From Syntrophales bacterium (GTDB lineage Bacteria > Desulfobacterota > Syntrophia > Syntrophales > UBA6807), in contig JAXGPA010000001.1 of NCBI GenBank assembly GCA_040767195.1, positions 832,001 through 896,000 on the forward strand: DNA of 64,000 bases, read 5' to 3'. Position numbers and translations under genes: made by a program. The notes under the pieces were generated by a model, which worked only from the letters and a program-made list of their open reading frames with translations, searched no databases and had not been told where the DNA came from. This document shows, in pieces, positions 38,501 to 48,364 of the stretch (the first letter of the stretch is position 1; every line of letters starts with the position of its first letter).

Positions 38501-40117
38501 TCAGCCTTTATCGACGGCAGGATGAAGCCGATTATCCTCCACCGTGATCGTGAGAGGTCTCCGGTCATCCTGAGCCAGATAGGTCGTCGTCGTCGGGAAG
38601 GCGAATTCGATCCCCTCGGCCTCGAAGGCCCGCATGATCCGAAAATTCACCTTTTCCGAAAATTCCATGAACTTCCAGTAATCGGGGGGGGAATACCAGT
38701 AATACGCCAGGATGTTCAGGGACGTGTCGTTGAACTCGCTGAAGAAGGCCTTCGGCGGGTAGTCGGGGTGCATCCCCTCGTGGTCCCGCAGCGTTTCGCG
38801 GACGATCTCCAGGGCCTTTTCCACCTTGTCCGGCGGGGTGTCATAGGTGATGGTCAGGTTCATGACACGGCGGATGCTCGGCCGGCTCCCCACGTTCTCA
38901 ATGTTCCCCGCCGCCATTTTTTCATTGGGGACGGTCACCAGGTGCCCGTCGAAGGTGCGGATCCGGGTGCTCCGGAAACCCACGTCCTCCACGTAGCCGT
39001 CGATTCCCTCAGCGACGATGCGTTCCCCCACGATAAAGGGCTTGTCGAGCATGATCATGAGGCTCCCGAAAAGGTTTTTCAGGGTGTCCTGGGCGGCCAG
39101 GGCGAAGGCGAGGCCACCGATCCCGAGCCCGGCGAGGATGGCGTTCATGGGTTTGCCCGTCAGGGCCTGGAGGATGTAAACGGCCCCCAGGACGACGACG
39201 AGTATCTTGGAGGTCATCCGGATGAACTGGATGATGTTCCGGTCGAGCTTGCTGTCTTTCCGCCGGGCCATCCGGTTCAGTTCGAATTCGAGGACAGCGA
39301 GGAGACGATAGACGAAAAGGACGACCGCCAGTGTCGCCAGAACGTCCACCGCCGTTTTCAAAAGCCCGACGGCGGCGTCAGGAAGGGAAATCAGGGCATA
39401 AACGGCATAGACGGCGATGGCGAAAAGAAGAATCTTCATGGGCCTGGAGGCGGCCTCGAAAACCAGCCTGACCCGCATGGCCTCCTCTTTTTCCCCCAGG
39501 CCGTTCACCATGCCGCCGAGGAAGCGACCGAGCAGCCGCCCCCCCAGGTAAAGTCCCGCCAGGATGATCGCGAGGAAGCCATACCGGAGCCACGAGGAGT
39601 GAAAAAACCAGTCGGGAAAGAGGTGCTTCTGGCTGACGAGGAAAAGGGCGGCCACCAGGAGAACCGCCAGGATCCGGAAAACCGTCTTCACAGTCGCCAC
39701 TCTCTGCTCGGAGATGTTTTTTTGAATTCTCTGGGGAAGAAAAACAAGGACCCCGTCGAGAAGGGAGATGACCTGAAACAGGAACAGGATCGACGCCAGG
39801 GCAAAGAGAAAGGCTTCGAAACCATGGATGAGAAGGACCAGGTCCCCGGGGAGGCGGAGGGGTGTTTCCGCCGCCCTAAGGAGAAGCGCCACGACGGCGA
39901 CCCGCACAGACGGCCGGAAACCCTGGATCACGGAAACCCATTTTTCTCCCCCCTTGTCGAGGAAGTAACGGTTCGCTCTTCGCCTGCCGTATTCGAGAGC
40001 CAGGATACCGAGCCCGAGAATGAGCACGGACAGGCCGAACTGCCAGATTTCATTGCCGGCGGCGGCGGTTTTAAGGTGCTGGACCCACTGGTCGAGGATA
40101 TCCCTGAAATTCTGCAT
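38501..40117 (-). CDS. MscS-family mechanosensitive channel with extended N-terminal TM region
   Basis: AGLGIGGLAFALAAQDTLKN, KPFIVGE, GFRSTRIRT, IEFAFPT. Confidence 0.9.
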   Translation of the reverse strand: MQNFRDILDQWVQHLKTAAAGNEIWQFGLSVLILGLGILALEYGRRRANRYFLDKGGEKWVSVIQGFRPSVRVAVVALLLRAAETPLRLPGDLVLLIHGFEAFLFALASILFLFQVISLLDGVLVFLPQRIQKNISEQRVATVKTVFRILAVLLVAALFLVSQKHLFPDWFFHSSWLRYGFLAIILAGLYLGGRLLGRFLGGMVNGLGEKEEAMRVRLVFEAASRPMKILLFAIAVYAVYALISLPDAAVGLLKTAVDVLATLAVVLFVYRLLAVLEFELNRMARRKDSKLDRNIIQFIRMTSKILVVVLGAVYILQALTGKPMNAILAGLGIGGLAFALAAQDTLKNLFGSLMIMLDKPFIVGERIVAEGIDGYVEDVGFRSTRIRTFDGHLVTVPNEKMAAGNIENVGSRPSIRRVMNLTITYDTPPDKVEKALEIVRETLRDHEGMHPDYPPKAFFSEFNDTSLNILAYYWYSPPDYWKFMEFSEKVNFRIMRAFEAEGIEFAFPTTTTYLAQDDRRPLTITVEDNRLHPAVDKG

Positions 40118-40150
40118 GACGCACCTCCAAATGTCTTTTCACGCCCACCG

Positions 40151-42820
40151 TCAATGGGCTTCATCCCAGTTTCGGCCCCCGCGAACCGCCACGACGAGGG
40201 GAACCCGCAGGGCGATCACCTCTTCCATCTCTTTCCGGATGACCGCCTCGGTTGCTTCTTCCTCGCTCTCGGGCACTTCGAAAACCAGTTCGTCATGAAC
40301 CTGGAGGATCATGTCCGCCGAAAGGGACTCCCGCTTCAAGCGATCCGCGATACGGATCATGGCCACCTTGATCAGGTCGGCAGCGGTTCCCTGAACGGGC
40401 GTGTTCACGGCCATCCGTTCGGCAAACTGGCGGACCGGGGCGCTGGAACTTCGAAGATCGGGAAGATACCGGCGGCGGCCGAGAAGGGTGGTAACGAAAC
40501 CTTCCCGTTCCCCCTTTTCCAAGGTTTCCGCGATGAAGGAACGAACGCCCTTGTATTTACGAAAATACTCGTCGATATATGCCTTGGCGAGCTTCTGGTC
40601 CACCCCGAGCTCCCGGGAAAGGCCGAAGGGGCTCATGCCGTAAAGAATCCCGAAGTTGATCACCTTAGCCTGTCGCCTCATGTCTTCGTTGACGAACTCG
40701 GGAAAGACGCCGAAGACGTCCGCGGCGGTCCGCCGGTGAATGTCCTCACCGGCCTCGAAGGTCCGGATGAGGGTCTTGTCATCCGAGAGATGGGCCAGGA
40801 TCCGAAGCTCGATCTGGGAATAATCGGCCGAGAGGAGGCGATGCCCCGGCGGGGCAATGAAGGCCTGGCGGATCCTTTTACCCTCCGTGGTCCGAACGGG
40901 AATGTTCTGGAGGTTCGGGTTGCTGCTCGACAGCCGGCCCGTGGCCGTGGCGGTCTGGTTGAAGGACGTGTGCACCCGGCCCGTTTCCGGGTTCACCAGG
41001 AGGGGCAGGGCGTCCACGTAGGTGGACTTGAGCTTCATCAGGCTGCGGTAAGCCAGGATCTCCGCCGGGAGTTCATAGGAACGGGCCAGGTCCGTGAGGA
41101 CGTCCACGTCTGTCGAGTGGCCCGTCTTGGTTTTCTTTCCCCGGGGAAGCTTCAGCTTCTCGAAGAGGATCTCCTGGAGCTGCTTTGGCGAGTTGATGTT
41201 GAAGGACTCGCCGGCGAGAATGTGGATTTTCTCTTCCGACAGGGCGAGAAGCGCCCCCAGGTCCCGGGACATGTCCCTGAGGAGTTCGGTGTCGAGGAGA
41301 ACGCCCTTCCTCTCCATGGCGGCGAGAACGGGAATGAGGGGCATCTCCACGTCATCGTAGAGCTTTCGTGAACCGTCTTTTTCCATGCGTTCCGTGAGGA
41401 CGGGGATGAGGCGATGAACCCGGTCGGCACACTGGCAGGCATAGGATCCGGTCTTCTCCGGGGGAAGGTCGGCCAGGGGGACGGCCCGGGCCCCGCTGCC
41501 GGCGATTTCCTTGAGGGAGGCGCACTCCCGGTTGAGATATTCCAGGGAAAGATCGGGGACATCAAAGGCCCGCCGGGTCGGGTTGATGATATAGGCGGCC
41601 ACCATGGTATCTCCCTTGACGCCGGACGGGGAGATTCCCCTTCGGGTGAAAAAAACCCGGGCGCTTTTCACGTCATGGCTCCACTTTTCAATCTTTTCGT
41701 CTTCCAGGGCCTTCTTCAGTTCGTCGAGAATCGGCCCCTCCCCCAGGACCGCCCCGGCGCCCGCCGCCGGAAGATAAAACGCCTTCCCCGGTGCCGGGCA
41801 AAGGGCCATGCCCACGAGATCCCCGTTCATGGCATCGGGGGAGGACAAAAGAACGTAAAAGACCCAGGGCCCCCGTTCCGGGAAAGTCCGGAGAATTTCA
41901 TCGAGCTCTTCCGGGCGGTTAACCGTCCGGAACGCCGTTTCCTCCGTTTCAGCCCGAACCTTGAGGGACTGCAGGAGGGACGAGAATTCGAACTCCACGA
42001 AAAGGTCTCTCAGGAGGGACGTTTCCGGTTGTCCGACCCGCAAGGTTTCCAGGTCTCCCTCCAGGGGCAGGTCGGTCCGGATGGTTACCAGTTCCCGGCT
42101 CAGCCGGGCCTGGTCGGCGAAGCGGTTGAGGTTCTCACGGACCCTTCCGTTGGAGAGTTTTCCGGCGCGGGCCAGGATCTCTTCCAGCGTCCCGAATTCG
42201 AGGACGAGCTTGAGCGCGGTCTTGGGACCGACTCCCGGAACCCCGGGCACGTTGTCCGAGCTGTCCCCCGTGAGTCCCATGATCTCCACCACCCGGTCGG
42301 GGCCGACGCCGAACCTTTCCCGGACCGCCGCCTCGTCGACGACCCGGTTCTTCATGGTGTCGAGGAGAACAACGCGGTCCGAAACGAGCTGCATGAAGTC
42401 CTTGTCCCCGGACACGATGACCACCCGGACACCCTGCCGCTCATAGTGCCGGGCCAGGGAACCAATGATGTCGTCGGCTTCCCACCCTTCTTTTTCCATA
42501 ACGGGTATTGACAACCCCCGGATCAGTTCCCGGATGGGGGGGAGCTGCTCCGCCAGCTCGTCGGGCATGGGTTTACGGGTTGCCTTGTAGTCCTCGAAGC
42601 TGTCATGGCGGAAGGTGGGCCCCCTGGTATCGAAAACGACGGCCATGTATTCGGCGTTTTTCTCCCTCAGGATCTTGAGAAGCATGTTGGTGAAGGCGTA
42701 GAGGGCGTTCGTGGGAAATCCCTTGGAATTCGTGAGCGGCGGCGTGGCATGAAAAGCGCGGTACACGAGGTTGCTCCCGTCCACGAGATAGAGGACGGGG
42801 TCTTCACGTTTCGTCGTCAT
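40151..42820 (-). CDS. polA: DNA polymerase I
   Basis: LVDGSNLVYRAFHA, EADDIIG, TGRLSSSNPNLQNIP, DYSQIELR, AKVINFGILYG, QVHDEL. Confidence 0.97.
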   Translation of the reverse strand: MTTKREDPVLYLVDGSNLVYRAFHATPPLTNSKGFPTNALYAFTNMLLKILREKNAEYMAVVFDTRGPTFRHDSFEDYKATRKPMPDELAEQLPPIRELIRGLSIPVMEKEGWEADDIIGSLARHYERQGVRVVIVSGDKDFMQLVSDRVVLLDTMKNRVVDEAAVRERFGVGPDRVVEIMGLTGDSSDNVPGVPGVGPKTALKLVLEFGTLEEILARAGKLSNGRVRENLNRFADQARLSRELVTIRTDLPLEGDLETLRVGQPETSLLRDLFVEFEFSSLLQSLKVRAETEETAFRTVNRPEELDEILRTFPERGPWVFYVLLSSPDAMNGDLVGMALCPAPGKAFYLPAAGAGAVLGEGPILDELKKALEDEKIEKWSHDVKSARVFFTRRGISPSGVKGDTMVAAYIINPTRRAFDVPDLSLEYLNRECASLKEIAGSGARAVPLADLPPEKTGSYACQCADRVHRLIPVLTERMEKDGSRKLYDDVEMPLIPVLAAMERKGVLLDTELLRDMSRDLGALLALSEEKIHILAGESFNINSPKQLQEILFEKLKLPRGKKTKTGHSTDVDVLTDLARSYELPAEILAYRSLMKLKSTYVDALPLLVNPETGRVHTSFNQTATATGRLSSSNPNLQNIPVRTTEGKRIRQAFIAPPGHRLLSADYSQIELRILAHLSDDKTLIRTFEAGEDIHRRTAADVFGVFPEFVNEDMRRQAKVINFGILYGMSPFGLSRELGVDQKLAKAYIDEYFRKYKGVRSFIAETLEKGEREGFVTTLLGRRRYLPDLRSSSAPVRQFAERMAVNTPVQGTAADLIKVAMIRIADRLKRESLSADMILQVHDELVFEVPESEEEATEAVIRKEMEEVIALRVPLVVAVRGGRNWDEAH

Positions 42821-42832
42821 GGCGTTTCTCTC

Positions 42833-43279
42833 TTACAGGTCGAAGGTGGCGTCGATCTTGAATTTTTTGACAGATCGAAGGTCAAGGATGTCCGATATGC
42901 CCGTTTTTTCCCGAAGGTCTCCGAGAAAATCCGCGATCTTCTCCGGCGAAGGGGCGATCACGGTAAACCAGACATTGTAGGAATGGTTTCTTTCATAGTT
43001 GTGGGTGACCCCCTCGCAGGCGTTGACCGTCTCGATGAACACCTCGAGACGCTCCGGGGGCACCCGGGCGGCGCAGAGGGTGCTCACGAACCCGAGCCGG
43101 CCCGGTTCGAAGACGGCGCCAATCCGCCGGATCACGCCTTGTTCCTTCAGCCGTTTCACCCGGGAAAAGGCCTCGTCCTCCGAGATCCCGAGAGCCTCCC
43201 CCACGATCCGGTAGGGTTCCGGATCGATAGGAAACCCCCTCTGGAGGCGGTTCAGGAGTTTTCTGTCCAGGTCGTCCAT
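42833..43279 (-). CDS. ahbA: Siroheme decarboxylase alpha subunit (Lrp/AsnC-like)
   Basis: GFPIDPEPY, GVIRRIG, GFVSTLCAA, VTHNYER..YNVWFT; lies in the ahb operon. Confidence 0.85.
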   Translation of the reverse strand: MDDLDRKLLNRLQRGFPIDPEPYRIVGEALGISEDEAFSRVKRLKEQGVIRRIGAVFEPGRLGFVSTLCAARVPPERLEVFIETVNACEGVTHNYERNHSYNVWFTVIAPSPEKIADFLGDLREKTGISDILDLRSVKKFKIDATFDL

Positions 43280-43294
43280 GATCTCGTCAGCCCG

Positions 43295-44392
43295 TCAAGG
43301 ACGGCGGCGGGATTCCGCCCGCGGCTCGTAAACGCAAAGAGGCTCTTCGGCGAGGTAGTCCCCCGTGGCCTCGAAGGCCCGGGCCCGGCACCCGCCGCAG
43401 ACCTTCAGAAATTCGCATCGGCCGCACTTGCCCCCGTAGAGATCGAGCCTTCGGAGTTTCCCGAAAACGGGGGACTCTTCCCAGATGACGGGAAAAGGAG
43501 ACTCGGAAATCTGCCCGCAGTCCACTTCCAGGTACCCGCAGGGCTGGACCTGGCCCGTGTGGGAAATGAAGCAGAAGGTGATCCCCCCCAGGCATCCCCG
43601 GGGCGTCGGACCCCCGTGTCCCCCGATAGCCGGGGACGCGCCCTTCCGGTTCCGGTCTTTCCCGTGCTGGCGCCGGATCCGGAAATAGTGGGGCGCGCAG
43701 GTCGCCTTGAGTTCCATGGGCACCCGGCCTTCTTTTTCAAGGAACCACAGCAGGGTTTTTTCGTAGTCCTCCGCCGATATCTCTTCCTCGGCCATTTCCT
43801 TTCCTCTCCCCGTGGGAACAAGAAGGAAAAGATGGTGAGCGGCGGCGCCCAGGGAGACGGCCAGATCGAGAATCCTCTCGAGGTCCGCCAGGTTTTCCCG
43901 GGTTACCGTCGTGTTGACCTGGAATTCCACGCCCGCTTTTTTCAGGGCCTCGATCCCGCGAAGGGCCCCGTCGAAGGCCCCGGGAACGGCCCGAAGGGCG
44001 TCATGGCTGGCGGCGTCGGGTCCGTCGAGGCTGACGCTCACCCGCCTGATGCCGGACTCCCGGATGCGATCCGCCGTTTTCCCGTCCACCCCGGTGCCGT
44101 TCGTGGCCAGGACCATCCGGAGGCCCAGGCTGTCCCCGTACCGTGCCAGGGTGAAAATGTCAGGACGGAGAAGGGGTTCCCCCCCCGTCAGGATGATGAC
44201 GGGACGGCCGACGGAGGCGATGTCGTCCAGAAGGGCGAGGCAGGCTTCCGTCCCCAGTTCGCCCCTGTAGGGACCTCTTTCCGATGACGCACGGCAGTGG
44301 CGGCAGGAGAGATTGCAGCTCCGGGTGACTTCCCAGGCCACCATCCGCAGGGGATGGGGCAGAATTTTCGGCGCGTCCCCGGAACCGGTCAT
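43295..44392 (-). CDS. ahbD: Heme b synthase (radical SAM/SPASM)
   Basis: [54 protein letters not shown]. Confidence 0.9.
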   Translation of the reverse strand: MTGSGDAPKILPHPLRMVAWEVTRSCNLSCRHCRASSERGPYRGELGTEACLALLDDIASVGRPVIILTGGEPLLRPDIFTLARYGDSLGLRMVLATNGTGVDGKTADRIRESGIRRVSVSLDGPDAASHDALRAVPGAFDGALRGIEALKKAGVEFQVNTTVTRENLADLERILDLAVSLGAAAHHLFLLVPTGRGKEMAEEEISAEDYEKTLLWFLEKEGRVPMELKATCAPHYFRIRRQHGKDRNRKGASPAIGGHGGPTPRGCLGGITFCFISHTGQVQPCGYLEVDCGQISESPFPVIWEESPVFGKLRRLDLYGGKCGRCEFLKVCGGCRARAFEATGDYLAEEPLCVYEPRAESRRRP

Positions 44393-45372
44393 CTCGAGCC
44401 CTTGGAAAGAAACCGGGCCGCTTCCCGGGCGAAATAGGTGAGGATGATGTCCGCCCCGGCCCGCTTGATGGACAGGAGGGACTCCATCATGGCCCTTTCT
44501 TCGTCGAGCCAGCCCAGGTTGGCCGCCGCCTTGATCATGGCGAACTCGCCGCTCACGTTGTAGGCGGCAATGGGAAGGTCGAATTCCTGCCGGGCCCGGC
44601 AGATGATGTCCAGGTAGGGGAGAGCGGGCTTTACCATAATGATATCAGCACCTTCCTCCACGTCCAGGGTGATCTCCCGGATGGCCTCGTCACCGTTTCC
44701 CGGGTCCATCTGGTAGGCCTTTCGGTCGCCGAACTGGGGCGCGCTTTCGGCGGCCTCCCGGAAAGGCCCGTAGAAACAGGAGGCATACTTGGCCGAATAG
44801 GCCATGATGGGTATGTGATCAAAGTCCGCTTCATCCAGGGCCTCCCGGATTGCCGTGACCTGGCCGTCCATCATGGCCGAGGGCGCCACCATGTCCGCCC
44901 CCGCCCGGGCGTGGGAAACGGCGGTCTCGCCGAGAACCTCGATGGTGGGGTCGTTTTCCACATCCGTTCCCCGGAGCATCCCGCAGTGGCCGTGGCTCGT
45001 GTACTCGCACAGGCACACGTCGGTGATGACCAGGATGTCGGGAACCTTGTCCTTGAGGGCCGTGACGGCCCGCTGGACAATGCCGTCCCTGGCGAAGGCC
45101 CCCGTGGCGATTTCGTCCTTCTTTTCCGGAATCCCGAAGAGAAGGACGGCAGGAATCCCCAGATCCCGGGTGATCTTCACCTCTTTCACGAGCTGGTCCA
45201 CGGAGAGCTGAAAATTGCCCGGCATGGAAGCGATGGGTTTCTTCACGTTTTTTCCCGGCACCACGAAGAGGGGGTGAACGAAATCGTCCACGGACAGACG
45301 GGTTTCCCGGATCATTCTACGAAAATGCTCGTTCGCCCGGAGTCTTCTCGGTCTGTAGTCAGGATACTGCAT
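44389..45372 (-). CDS. hemB: Porphobilinogen synthase
   Basis: [44 protein letters not shown]. Confidence 0.97.
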   Translation of the reverse strand: MQYPDYRPRRLRANEHFRRMIRETRLSVDDFVHPLFVVPGKNVKKPIASMPGNFQLSVDQLVKEVKITRDLGIPAVLLFGIPEKKDEIATGAFARDGIVQRAVTALKDKVPDILVITDVCLCEYTSHGHCGMLRGTDVENDPTIEVLGETAVSHARAGADMVAPSAMMDGQVTAIREALDEADFDHIPIMAYSAKYASCFYGPFREAAESAPQFGDRKAYQMDPGNGDEAIREITLDVEEGADIIMVKPALPYLDIICRARQEFDLPIAAYNVSGEFAMIKAAANLGWLDEERAMMESLLSIKRAGADIILTYFAREAARFLSKGSR

Positions 45373-45423
45373 GGAACTTCTCCTTTTTATGGGGTTTCAC
45401 GGCCCCCGATGAATGCAACGAAG

Positions 45424-45452
45424 ACCGCCTTCACCGCCTTCACCGCCTTCAC
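45424..45452 (-). repeat. 9-nt tandem repeat (TGAAGGCGG)x3 at the ahbC stop
   Basis: Plus strand ACCGCCTTC x3 at 45424-45450. Confidence 0.85.
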
Positions 45453-46639
45453 GGCTTCGGGCCGGCGATTTCTTCGTCCGTGAGGTAGCAGGCGGGGTCG
45501 GGCGCCCAGACGTCGCCGGTGACGGCCTCCGCCCGGGCCCGGAAATTCCCGCCGCACACGGTAAGCCAGCGGCAGGCGGCGCAACGGCCCTTGACGTGCT
45601 TTTTCTTGTCCTTGAGTTTCGCCAGGAGTTCCAGGGACCGATCCTCCCAAACGGCACTGAAGGGCCTTTCCCGGACGTTCCCGAAACGAATGTTCCTCCA
45701 GAACTGGTCGGGGTGAATTTCCCCGTCCCAGCTCACGCAGCCGATGCCGCGCCCCGAGTTGTTTCCCTCGTTCATCCGGAGAAGCTCCAGGACTTCTCCC
45801 GCCCGTTCGGGATCTTCCTTGAGAAGGCGAAGATAGATGAAGGGCCCGTCGGCGTGGTTGTCCACGGTGAGGATCTCCTTGGGAAGGCCGCGGCGGAAGA
45901 GATCCCGGGTCCGGTCGAGGATGAGATTCACCGCTTTCCGCGTTTCCTCGTGGGACAGATCCTCCTCGACAAGGCGGGAACCCCGTCCGGCATAGACGAG
46001 ATGATAGAAGCAGGCCCGGGGGATGTCCTCCGCTTCCATGAGGTCGAACATGCGGGGAATCTCGCCGGCGTTTCGGCGATTCATGGTGAAGCGCAGCCCC
46101 ACCTTGATCCCTTCCTCCCGGCAGTACCGGATCCCGCGGAGAGCATCGTCGAAAGCCCCTTCGCGGCCCCGAAAACGGTCGTGGATTTCCTTCATCCCGT
46201 CCAGGCTCACCCCCACGTAGGAAAGACCGATTTTTCGGAATTCAGAGGCTTTTTCCTTCGTTATGAGCGTCCCGTTCGTGGAAATCACGACGCGCAGACC
46301 CTGTCCCACGGCAAAGCGGGCCAGTTCCGCCAGGTCCTTCCGGGCCAGGGGCTCCCCCCCGGAGAGAAGAATCACCGGGCAGCCATAAGCGGCGAGATCG
46401 CTGATGAGCGCCTTTCCTTCATCCGTTGAAAGCTCGTTCCCGTAGTCCAGGTCTTTCGCGGAAGCGTAGCAGTGAACGCAGCGAAGATTGCACCGGCGGG
46501 TCATGTTCCAGACGACCACAGGCTTCTTGTCCCGGGAAAACTGGAGAAGATGGGAGGGCAGCTTGCCAGACTCGGCGCCGTACCGGAGAACATCCGAGGG
46601 CTCCACGGCCCCGCAGTATAGCTTGGACACACCGATCAC
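45449..46639 (-). CDS. ahbC: 12,18-didecarboxysiroheme deacetylase (radical SAM)
   Basis: MIGVSKLYCG..EPSDVLRY...LPSHLLQFS.DKKPVVVWN, CNLRCVHCY, DNHADG, HPDQFW, CGGNFRARA. Confidence 0.92.
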   Translation of the reverse strand: MIGVSKLYCGAVEPSDVLRYGAESGKLPSHLLQFSRDKKPVVVWNMTRRCNLRCVHCYASAKDLDYGNELSTDEGKALISDLAAYGCPVILLSGGEPLARKDLAELARFAVGQGLRVVISTNGTLITKEKASEFRKIGLSYVGVSLDGMKEIHDRFRGREGAFDDALRGIRYCREEGIKVGLRFTMNRRNAGEIPRMFDLMEAEDIPRACFYHLVYAGRGSRLVEEDLSHEETRKAVNLILDRTRDLFRRGLPKEILTVDNHADGPFIYLRLLKEDPERAGEVLELLRMNEGNNSGRGIGCVSWDGEIHPDQFWRNIRFGNVRERPFSAVWEDRSLELLAKLKDKKKHVKGRCAACRWLTVCGGNFRARAEAVTGDVWAPDPACYLTDEEIAGPKP

Positions 46640-48192
46640 CGGCCGGTCTCCTTTTGGTCAGTCACGTCTGTTTTCCTTTCATAATATTTTCTCAGAGCGT
46701 CCACAAGCCCGGGTACGGAGTAAACCTCCTCCATGACGTGAATGGGAACGTTCCGCTTTTTCAAGGCCGCCGCCGTTACCGGCCCGATGGACGCCACCCG
46801 GACGTGTCCGGGGAGGGCGAAACGCTCTCCCATGATCGCAAAAAAGTTCTTCACTGTCGAGGGGCTCGTGAAGGTCAGAACATCCACGCGGCCTTGTTCC
46901 ATTTCCTTCTCAAGGACGGCGCGGTCCGTATCCGCCCGGACGGTCCGGTAGACGGGTACCACGTCGACGGCGGCCCCCATCCCTTTCAGGCCGTCGGGAA
47001 GAATGTCCCGGGCCTCTTCGGCCCGGGGCAGAAGAACCCGCTCCCCCCCGAGATCCACGCTTTCGAAAGACGCCACGAGGCCCTCGGAAACATAGACCGG
47101 TGGAACGAGATCAACCCCGATTCCATAGGCTTCAATCATTTTCGCCGTGGCCGGCCCGATGGCGGCGATCCGAACCCCCTTGAGCGCACGGAGATCCTTC
47201 CCTTTCTCCCGGAGCCGCTTCAGAAAGAAGCGAACCCCGTTGGCGCTGGTGAAGACCACCCACCGGTATGCTTCCAGACGGCCGAGGGCCTCGTCGAGAG
47301 GCCCGGTCCGCGACGATTCCCGGACCTGTATGACGGGGAAGTGAATCGGCCGGGCCCCCTCATCCCGAAGGAGTCGGGCCATTTCCCCGGCCTGGGCCGC
47401 CGGTCTCGTGATGACGACACCTTTGCCGAAGAGGGGCTTCGTTTCGAACCAGTTCATCATTGCCCGGAGACGGACCACCTCGCCGACAACCAGCACGGCG
47501 GGCGGTGTCATGCCCCGTTCCCGGGCCTGCCGCTCGATCGTTTCCAGGGTGCCGGTGACGGTCTCCTGGTCCGCCGTGGTCCCCCAGCGTATGAGGGCGC
47601 AGGGGGTGTCCGGGCTTTTTCCATGCTCCCGAAGGCCGGCGGAGATGCTTCCCAGGTTTTTCACCCCCATGAGAAAGACCAGGGTTTCGATTGCCGCGAG
47701 GCTTCCCCAGTGAACCCGGCTCTCCTTTTTGTCCGGGTCTTCGTGGCCGGTGACAAAGGCGACGGAAGAGGTGAACTCGCGGTGGGTCAGGGGGATCCCC
47801 GCATAGGCGGGTACGGCGATGGCGGAAGTCACCCCGGGGACGATTTCAAAGGGTATTTCCGCCCGGAACAGGACTTCCGCCTCTTCTCCACCCCGGCCGA
47901 AAACAAAGGGGTCCCCTCCCTTCAGGCGGGCCACGGTGTGGCCCTCCTTCGCCTCTTCCACCAGGATTTCGTTCAGCCTTTCCTGGGTGACCGTGTGGTC
48001 GCCCCCCTGTTTTCCCACGTAGATGAACCGGGCGTCCTCCCGGGCATGGCGGAGGATTTCCCGGTCCACCAGGTAGTCGTAGACGATCACGTCCGCTTCC
48101 CTGAGGCATGCCGCGGCGCGGAGGGTGAGAAGGCCGGGGTCTCCCGGACCGGCACCGATGATGTAGACCTTGTTTTTCTTCCTGTTTTCCAA
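46636..48192 (-). CDS. cobA: Uroporphyrinogen-III C-methyltransferase / uroporphyrinogen-III synthase fusion (CobA/HemD)
   Basis: IGAGPGDPGLLT, RLKGGDPFVFGRGGEE, then HemD FTSANGV, AIGPAT, FTSPSTV; TTG start chosen by RBS spacing, uncertain. Confidence 0.92.
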   Translation of the reverse strand: MENRKKNKVYIIGAGPGDPGLLTLRAAACLREADVIVYDYLVDREILRHAREDARFIYVGKQGGDHTVTQERLNEILVEEAKEGHTVARLKGGDPFVFGRGGEEAEVLFRAEIPFEIVPGVTSAIAVPAYAGIPLTHREFTSSVAFVTGHEDPDKKESRVHWGSLAAIETLVFLMGVKNLGSISAGLREHGKSPDTPCALIRWGTTADQETVTGTLETIERQARERGMTPPAVLVVGEVVRLRAMMNWFETKPLFGKGVVITRPAAQAGEMARLLRDEGARPIHFPVIQVRESSRTGPLDEALGRLEAYRWVVFTSANGVRFFLKRLREKGKDLRALKGVRIAAIGPATAKMIEAYGIGVDLVPPVYVSEGLVASFESVDLGGERVLLPRAEEARDILPDGLKGMGAAVDVVPVYRTVRADTDRAVLEKEMEQGRVDVLTFTSPSTVKNFFAIMGERFALPGHVRVASIGPVTAAALKKRNVPIHVMEEVYSVPGLVDALRKYYERKTDVTDQKETGR

Positions 48193-48364
48193 ATTCGTCA
48201 ATCTCCCCTTTGAGAAACGCTCCCCTGCCTGCCCGTTCATCTCTCCCGGCCTTCCGGTAAATACCCGCCGGAATCCGGCCCGGCGTCTTCGTCACCCCGC
48301 CGTCAGCCTGGTGTCCCCGCAGGAAAAAAAGATTCTTGAAATAAATTCTTTTTCGGCATGGCGC

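Noticed and set aside
36574..38568. 664-aa ORF as a long pseudouridine synthase fusion
   Set aside because: The upstream ~390 codons overlap corA in another frame; the RluA-like part starts near 37398
38522..41371. 949-aa plus-strand ORF
   Set aside because: Antisense shadow of mscS and polA
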